Shown here piece after piece: positions 58,317-64,000 of a DNA stretch of 64,000 nt (within the stretch, counting starts at the first letter, position 1; each line of letters begins with the position of its first letter). The position numbers and the translations under genes were made by a program. The notes beneath the pieces are model-generated. The model searched no databases and was not told the DNA's origin. It saw only the letters and a program-made list of their open reading frames with translations. This DNA is from an uncultured Bacilli bacterium (GTDB taxonomy: Bacteria > Bacillota_I > Bacilli_A > RF39 > UBA660), in contig CAJUTW010000001.1 in assembly GCA_910589335.1 (NCBI GenBank), positions 7,972-71,971 on the forward strand, written 5' to 3'.

Positions 58317-59060
58317 ATGCCAAATGTACATAGTGCAATATCTTTTGGTCTTGTAAATATTCCTATAATTATGAATCCTTTAATTAAAAATAATGATACT
58401 TCTTTTAATCAATTACATGAAAAATGTTTAAATAGAGTTAGATATATAAAATTTTGTGATCATTGTAAAAAGAATTTAAAAGAAGCAGATATTATAAAAG
58501 GCTATGAATATGAGAAAGATCATTATTTAACTTTTCAAAAAGCTGAATTAGATAAATTAAAACCTGAAAATGAAAAAGAAATTGAAATAGTATCTTTTAT
58601 AAATATAAATGAAATTGATCCAGTTTATTTTGAGAAAAGTTATATTTTAGAGACAGAAAAAGGAAATAAAGCTTATAATCTTTTTTTAGAAGCTTTAAAA
58701 AAGACAAAAAAAGTTGCTTTAGCAAAAACGGTTATTGGAAGTAAATTTTATTATTGTATTTTAAGATTTACTAATTTTGGAATAATTATGACTACTTTAT
58801 TTTTTTATGAAGAGGTTAATCTTGATGATTTGAATAAAAGTGTAAAAGTAAATTCTAAGGAATTGGATTTAGCAATTAGAATAATTGAGGAGAGAAGTGG
58901 GAAGTTTGAACCAGAAAAATATAAGGATGAATATCAGGATAATATTAAACAAGCTATAGAAGATAAACTAAATGGTAAAGCAATAAAGAAAGGTAAAAAG
59001 AAACAAAAGCAACAAGTATCTGATTTATTAGAAGCGCTTGAGAAGAGTTTAAAAAAATAG
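58317..59060 (+). CDS. ku: Ku protein (non-homologous end joining)
   Basis: N-terminal SAISFGLVNIPI Ku core motif. Lys-rich C-terminal tail. ATG 58317 after AGGTGA. Confidence 0.85.
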   Translation: MPNVHSAISFGLVNIPIIMNPLIKNNDTSFNQLHEKCLNRVRYIKFCDHCKKNLKEADIIKGYEYEKDHYLTFQKAELDKLKPENEKEIEIVSFININEIDPVYFEKSYILETEKGNKAYNLFLEALKKTKKVALAKTVIGSKFYYCILRFTNFGIIMTTLFFYEEVNLDDLNKSVKVNSKELDLAIRIIEERSGKFEPEKYKDEYQDNIKQAIEDKLNGKAIKKGKKKQKQQVSDLLEALEKSLKK

Positions 59061-59948
59061 ATGGATTTATTTGAAAATAGGGATTTTAGTCCTATGTTGT
59101 TGTCAGAAGAAAAAGATGCTTTTGATTCAAAAGAGTTTATATTTGAATTAAAATTTGATGGAACTAGGGCTTTAATTTTTGTGTCTCAAAAGAACTTAGT
59201 TATTATGAATAGACATGGAAAGAATATTACATATTTATATCCTGAATTACAAGAGATAAAAAATTATATAAAAGAAAAAGTTATATTTGATGGAGAAATA
59301 GTTGTTTTTAAAGAAGGAAAACCTTCTTTTTTGAAATTGCAGGAGAGAGCACATTTAAAAAATAAATTAAAGATTAATTATCAAAGTAAAAATAATCCAG
59401 TAATATTTGTTTGTTTTGATATTTTATATAAAAATAAAAATCTTATAAATAACACATTATTAGAAAGAAAAAAAATATTATCTAAGTTCATAGATAATGA
59501 TTATTTTTTAAAGAATAAGTATATTGAAAATGATGGAAAATTATTATTTAAAAATATTAAAAAATTAGGTCTTGAAGGTATTGTTGCTAAAAGAAAAAAT
59601 AGTAAATATCAAATTAATAAAAGAACTGATGATTGGATTAAAATAAAAAATTTATTAAAAGAGTCTTTTTATGTTGGTGGATATATAGAAACAAAAAAAA
59701 GTATATCTTTGCTTTTAGGAGAGATGAAAAATAATAAACTATTTTATGTTGGTAGAGTAGTAATATCAACTAAAGAATCTTTATATAAAAGTATTAAAAG
59801 TAGTAAGATAATTAATAAGACAAATTTTGAGAAAGATATTGTGGGAGCTAATTATATAATTCCTAAATTTAAATGTTTTGTGGAATATATGGAAAGAACT
59901 AAAACTAATCATTTAAGACAACCTGTTTTTAGAGGAGAAGATAAGTGA
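59061..59948 (+). CDS. ligD: ATP-dependent DNA ligase (LigD ligase domain only)
   Basis: Adenylation motif I ELKFDGTRAL. 295 aa, with no polymerase or phosphoesterase domain. Confidence 0.75.
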   Translation: MDLFENRDFSPMLLSEEKDAFDSKEFIFELKFDGTRALIFVSQKNLVIMNRHGKNITYLYPELQEIKNYIKEKVIFDGEIVVFKEGKPSFLKLQERAHLKNKLKINYQSKNNPVIFVCFDILYKNKNLINNTLLERKKILSKFIDNDYFLKNKYIENDGKLLFKNIKKLGLEGIVAKRKNSKYQINKRTDDWIKIKNLLKESFYVGGYIETKKSISLLLGEMKNNKLFYVGRVVISTKESLYKSIKSSKIINKTNFEKDIVGANYIIPKFKCFVEYMERTKTNHLRQPVFRGEDK

Positions 59949-60010
59949 GATTTTTTTTATAAGAGAAAAATGTGTTTTATAAAATAAAAATCTTGGATAT
60001 GAGGTATGAG

Positions 60011-60052
60011 AAAAGTGTGTAGTTTTTTTACTAACTTACACACTTTATTTTA
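60011..60052. terminator. Bidirectional terminator between convergent ligD and trpS
   Basis: AAGTGTGTAG / CTTACACACTT stem flanked by T-runs on both strands. Confidence 0.45.
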
Positions 60053-60122
60053 CACTCTTCACTCTTATAAAAAGTATTTAGTGAATATTTATCTTAAAAT
60101 TTAAAATTAAAGTAGCAAAACT

Positions 60123-61136
60123 TTAATAATCTATCTTCATAGCATCTTTTATTTTTTTCATAGTATCTTTTGCTTTATTTTGAGCAACTTGAGTTCCGTT
60201 ATCTAGAATTTCTTTAACAAGATCTTTATTTTCTTCATATTGTTTTCTTCTTTTTCTAATTGGTTCTAAAAAATTATTCATAGCTTCAATAAGTTCTTTT
60301 TTACAAGCTACACAACCTCTTGCTCCTTTTTTACATTCACTACATACTGTATTAGTATTTTCTATCGTATTAACTAATTTATGGTAATAGTAAACCATAC
60401 ATTTATCAGGATCAGCAGGATCATCTTTTTTAATTTTATTTGTGTCAGTTAAAGCCATCATAATTTTTTTCTTAATTGTTTCTTCATCATCTATCAAATA
60501 AATAGCATTTCCAAGACTTTTTCCCATTTTTTCATTACCGTCTAATCCTTTAACTCTTGTAGTATTACTAAGTACTTGTTGAGGTTCTTTTAAAATATTT
60601 CCATAAATAGAATTGAATTTTCTAACTATTTCGCGGCATTGTTCTAGTAATGGTAATTGGTCATCGCCAACAGGAATTAGCTCTCCATCAAAAACAGTTA
60701 TATCTGCAGCTTGTGAGACAGGATAACCTAAAAAACCATAAGTTATACTTTCTCCATTAGTTCCAAATAATTCTTTTTTTTGAGCAATCTCGTTTTTTAC
60801 AGTAGGATTTCTTTGAAGTCTAGATACAGTAACTAGATTGCTATAAAATACAGTTAATTCAGCAATTTCTGGTATTTTAGATTGTATGAAAAAATGAACT
60901 TTATTAGGATCAAGTCCTATTGCTAATAAATCTTTTGTAATTTCGTAAACATTTTTTCTAACTTTTTCAGGATTATCAAAATTATCAGTTAAAGCTTGAA
61001 CATCAGCAATTTCTAAATAAAAGTCGTAATCTTCTTGCATCTTTAAATAGTTTTGTCCAGCTCCAAAATAATGTCCTAAATGAAGATTACCAGTAGGTCG
61101 TAGTCCTGTTAAAATAATTTTTTTCATATATTTCAC
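60123..61136 (-). CDS. trpS: Tryptophan--tRNA ligase
   Basis: HIGH motif TGNLHLGHY and KMSKS-like KMGKSLGN. Confidence 0.9.
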   Translation of the reverse strand: MKYMKKIILTGLRPTGNLHLGHYFGAGQNYLKMQEDYDFYLEIADVQALTDNFDNPEKVRKNVYEITKDLLAIGLDPNKVHFFIQSKIPEIAELTVFYSNLVTVSRLQRNPTVKNEIAQKKELFGTNGESITYGFLGYPVSQAADITVFDGELIPVGDDQLPLLEQCREIVRKFNSIYGNILKEPQQVLSNTTRVKGLDGNEKMGKSLGNAIYLIDDEETIKKKIMMALTDTNKIKKDDPADPDKCMVYYYHKLVNTIENTNTVCSECKKGARGCVACKKELIEAMNNFLEPIRKRRKQYEENKDLVKEILDNGTQVAQNKAKDTMKKIKDAMKIDY

Positions 61137-61188
61137 TTCCTATTTCTTAATTCTATCATATTCATAAAAAAAATAGAAGAGAACTCTT

Positions 61189-61773
61189 CTAAAATAATAA
61201 GTTTGGCATATAAAGACTTAAAAATCCAAATAATAAGCCACATAAAGCACCTATAAGATGACCTGAATGATATATTTTTTTATTTCCTTCTAAAAATCCC
61301 TTTTTTAATTCATCAATTATATAAAATATACATATTAATATTAATGTAATAGGAATTTTACCTTCAGTTAGATTAGAAAATGAACTTAAAACAATTAGCA
61401 TAAAGACATTGCTACTAGCACCACATATCGCATAATTATTAAATATTATATTAAATAATGAAACAATAAGTGAAGTTGATAGAAGCATTATTAAAAGATT
61501 AATACTTCCATATTTTTCTTCAATCATAGGACCAATTAAAAGTATATATAAAAAATTACTTACTAAATGATCCCAATCTTTATGACCAATACTGTGAGTA
61601 AATAGTCTAATATATGTTAGAGGATTAAGAAAAGATGATCGATAAGAAGAAAATAATAATTTGTTAGTTTTGCCATTAGTTAGAAAGTTAAAAAAACAAG
61701 CTATTAAAGATATAATTAAGTAAGTTATAATAACTTTTGAATTATAATCAAATTGAAAATTAAAATTATTCAT
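61189..61773 (-). CDS. Rhomboid-family membrane protease (second copy), apparently co-transcribed with trpS
   Basis: GASSN (Ser) and SGHLIGALCG (His) motifs in a 6-TM protein. 52-nt gap to trpS. Confidence 0.6.
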   Translation of the reverse strand: MNNFNFQFDYNSKVIITYLIISLIACFFNFLTNGKTNKLLFSSYRSSFLNPLTYIRLFTHSIGHKDWDHLVSNFLYILLIGPMIEEKYGSINLLIMLLSTSLIVSLFNIIFNNYAICGASSNVFMLIVLSSFSNLTEGKIPITLILICIFYIIDELKKGFLEGNKKIYHSGHLIGALCGLLFGFLSLYMPNLLF

Positions 61774-61925
61774 ATAGACTCCTTTTATTATTACTAAATA
61801 TATATTATCATAAAATATTAAAGAAAAATAAATTTAATTTTGATTTATAGAAGTATTTTTATAATTACTATGGTTTATTAAGATAAGTTTTGCTATAATT
61901 AAAAAAAGATAGAGAGGGGTAAATT

Positions 61926-62801
61926 ATGAAAATATTCAATAATATATGTAATTATTTAAGTAAAATTACTACAATTGATAAAAATATTATTGAAGTTATA
62001 TTTTTATCGATTTTAATATTTCTTTTATTTGCTTTTATAAAATTTATTGCTAAAAAGATTATCAGAGGAAAAGTTACTGGAAGAGGAGAATATGTATTAA
62101 ATCAGTCTTTTAAAGTTATTATTAATGCTGTTGAGGTTTTAACTTTATTATTGATATGGGCAGAATATATTAAAAATTTATTTACACTTATTTCTGTTTT
62201 GTCTGCTGCTATGACTATTGCTTTACGAGATATTATTTTGAATTTTTTTTGTGGTATTTATATAAAAATTAAAAAACCATTTAAAGTAGAAGATAGGATA
62301 CAAATTGGAGATATTAAAGGAGATGTTATGAATATTTCTACTTTAGATTTTGAATTGTTAGAAGTGTCAACAAAAGATGATAATGGACAGTCTACAGGAG
62401 TTGTTGTTTCTTTTCCTAATTCTATTGTCTTTAAAGATCCAATAAAAAATATAAATAGGGGATTTAAATATATATGGAATGAATTAGTTGTTAATATTTG
62501 TGTAGATAAAGACTTATTAAAAAATAAACAGGAAATATATAAAATTATTAATAGTATAGAAACAATAAAGAGTATTCCTATAAAAATGAAAAATCAAATA
62601 AATGAAATTAATCCAGAAAATAGAGTTTATTTTAATAAATATGATCCAATAATTTATACAAAAATAGTAAATGATCATATTGAACTTACAGTGAGATATT
62701 TAATGCATCCTAAAAAGTCAAGATTTGTTGAAAGTGTTATTTGGAATAAAATATATGAAGCTTATCAAGATAATAGAATAGATTTATATTTAAAAAGTTA
62801 A
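61926..62801 (+). CDS. MscS-family mechanosensitive channel
   Basis: TM3-like AAMTIALRDIILNFFCGIY followed by the beta-domain IQIGDIKGDVMNIS. Confidence 0.7.
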   Translation: MKIFNNICNYLSKITTIDKNIIEVIFLSILIFLLFAFIKFIAKKIIRGKVTGRGEYVLNQSFKVIINAVEVLTLLLIWAEYIKNLFTLISVLSAAMTIALRDIILNFFCGIYIKIKKPFKVEDRIQIGDIKGDVMNISTLDFELLEVSTKDDNGQSTGVVVSFPNSIVFKDPIKNINRGFKYIWNELVVNICVDKDLLKNKQEIYKIINSIETIKSIPIKMKNQINEINPENRVYFNKYDPIIYTKIVNDHIELTVRYLMHPKKSRFVESVIWNKIYEAYQDNRIDLYLKS

Positions 62802-62816
62802 AAATAAAGAATTTTA

Positions 62817-63893
62817 TTAATTCTTTATTTTTTGTTCTATAAAACTTCTATTATTAAGTAATCTTTCATCATTAGGATTCATTGATATAGCAATATCTAC
62901 AAAGTAAAGTGATAAAAGATAATTTTTTTGATAATAGTAAGATAAAGATAATAAATCAAAGATAGTACTATCCCAACTAAATGTTTCATTAATATATACT
63001 TTTTGATGATTCTTTATTTGAAGTGCTTTTAAACAGTATTTTTCAATGGCTTTATAATTATTTTCTTCATAAGCTAAAAGTGCTCTTTCGACATAAGCAT
63101 CTCTTAAATTAGGAGCTTCATTTATAGCTTTTAAATACCATTTTTTAGCATTTTTAAAGTCATTTTTGGCTTTATAGGATCTTGCGATAAATCTCATTGA
63201 TGCTGCTCGTTCTAATGTCCAAGTAGCAGATTTTAATTTAAGATGTTTTTTTAGAGTTTTTATGCATTTATCGTGTAATTGATTAAACATATATTCTCTT
63301 CCTAAATAATGCATATTACGATCGTCTTCTGGATCTTCTTTAACTGATAATTCTAGAAGCTTTAAATATGAACTACGTGATTTTTTGTGATCAGGATAAT
63401 GATTTAGAGTAATACTATCAATTGTAATGGAATGTTGATTAGTTCCTTTATATTTTAATACTTCGTGAACTGGGTGTGTCCAAATAAAATTATCACGACT
63501 ATGCATTTTTTCAATATAAAAATTTACTTTTGGTTTACCAAATTTATCTAATGACCAATTATAATTATATCTAGCATTAGTTGTTTCTTTTGTCCAAAAT
63601 TTTTCAATTTCTTGACGCCAACCACTAACAAATATTTCATCTAAATCGGTACAAATACATACATCAGTATCTTTAGGAACTAAATCTAGAGATTTGTTTC
63701 TAGCAGTATCAAAACGCCAAGGAGAAATTATTTCTTGATAAACATTTACTCCTAGTTTTTTTAATTCATTGACAGTATTATCTGTAGAACCAGTATCTAA
63801 TACATATATTTCATCAGCTTCTTTCATACTTTCATACCATCTTTTAACAAATTTTTCTTCATTTTTAGAAATTGCATAAACACATATTTTCAT
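62817..63893 (-). CDS. Family 2 glycosyltransferase with C-terminal TPR repeats
   Basis: GT2 N-terminus VYAISKNEEKFVKRW ... DTGSTD. TPR-like repeats in the C-terminal half. Confidence 0.6.
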   Translation of the reverse strand: MKICVYAISKNEEKFVKRWYESMKEADEIYVLDTGSTDNTVNELKKLGVNVYQEIISPWRFDTARNKSLDLVPKDTDVCICTDLDEIFVSGWRQEIEKFWTKETTNARYNYNWSLDKFGKPKVNFYIEKMHSRDNFIWTHPVHEVLKYKGTNQHSITIDSITLNHYPDHKKSRSSYLKLLELSVKEDPEDDRNMHYLGREYMFNQLHDKCIKTLKKHLKLKSATWTLERAASMRFIARSYKAKNDFKNAKKWYLKAINEAPNLRDAYVERALLAYEENNYKAIEKYCLKALQIKNHQKVYINETFSWDSTIFDLLSLSYYYQKNYLLSLYFVDIAISMNPNDERLLNNRSFIEQKIKN

Positions 63894-64000
63894 TTAATCA
63901 CCTAATATAGAATATGTTTAAAAATATAATTTATTAAGAAATATAAAATAAAATAGACAAGATGCAATACTTGTTATTTCAAGTGAATTTTTTTAAAAAG

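Noticed and set aside
61774-61925. T-box leader expected for trpS
   Set aside because: The gap before trpS is only 52 nt. The 152-nt region upstream of the rhomboid gene lacks the conserved T-box sequence (AATTAGGGTGGNACCGCG) on the minus strand.
1-64000. CRISPR arrays or other large direct-repeat arrays
   Set aside because: I saw no regularly spaced 25-40 bp repeats. The only repeated 8-9-mers are the iteron-like motifs reported at 309-342 and 1283-1306.

Overview
This is a low-GC (about 27% GC) Firmicutes chromosomal window with dense coding, mostly on the + strand. The left part carries a RepA-like P-loop ATPase, a GNAT gene, iteron-like direct repeats and structured non-coding DNA (possible remnant of a plasmid/phage-like element). 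It also holds an island of small membrane proteins, a GH3 hexosaminidase, Hsp20, a degraded CAT pseudogene, RluA-family synthase, an acyl-CoA synthetase plus a HAD-PlsC fusion, and an orphan hybrid histidine kinase. The middle holds the conserved Firmicutes block IreB-RuvX-DUF1292-MltG-OMT-U32-U32, interrupted by an NlpC/P60 hydrolase with an unusual N-terminal two-TM module, followed by an HD dGTPase-like gene and greA. The most notable region is about 30.5-55.3 kb: one co-oriented, tightly packed cluster with no relaxase, integrase or replication gene. It starts with a membrane-anchored surface-protein paralog, a class B sortase and a 947-aa Cys-rich secreted protein. A complete monoderm Tad/Flp-type pilus module follows (CpaB, CpaF/TadA ATPase, TadB, TadC, a small pilin-like ORF missing from the ORF track, two TadE-like pseudopilins, a TadZ/CpaE-like protein). 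Directly fused to it is a Gram-positive-type T4SS mating-pair-formation module. That module has two Cys-flanked two-TM VirB2-like proteins, VirB6/TrbL, a VirB3-like protein, VirB4 split over overlapping frames, a SpoIID-plus-cysteine-peptidase cell-wall hydrolase and a VirD4 coupling ATPase with a Pro-rich/acidic tail. A second surface-protein paralog closes the cluster. The right part carries rhodanese, DedA, RmuC, a Ku plus ligase-only LigD NHEJ pair, trpS, a rhomboid, MscS and a GT2-TPR glycosyltransferase. Several sigma-A-like promoters and Rho-independent terminators are readable from the sequence. All calls rest on motif reading of the supplied translations; no database search was possible.
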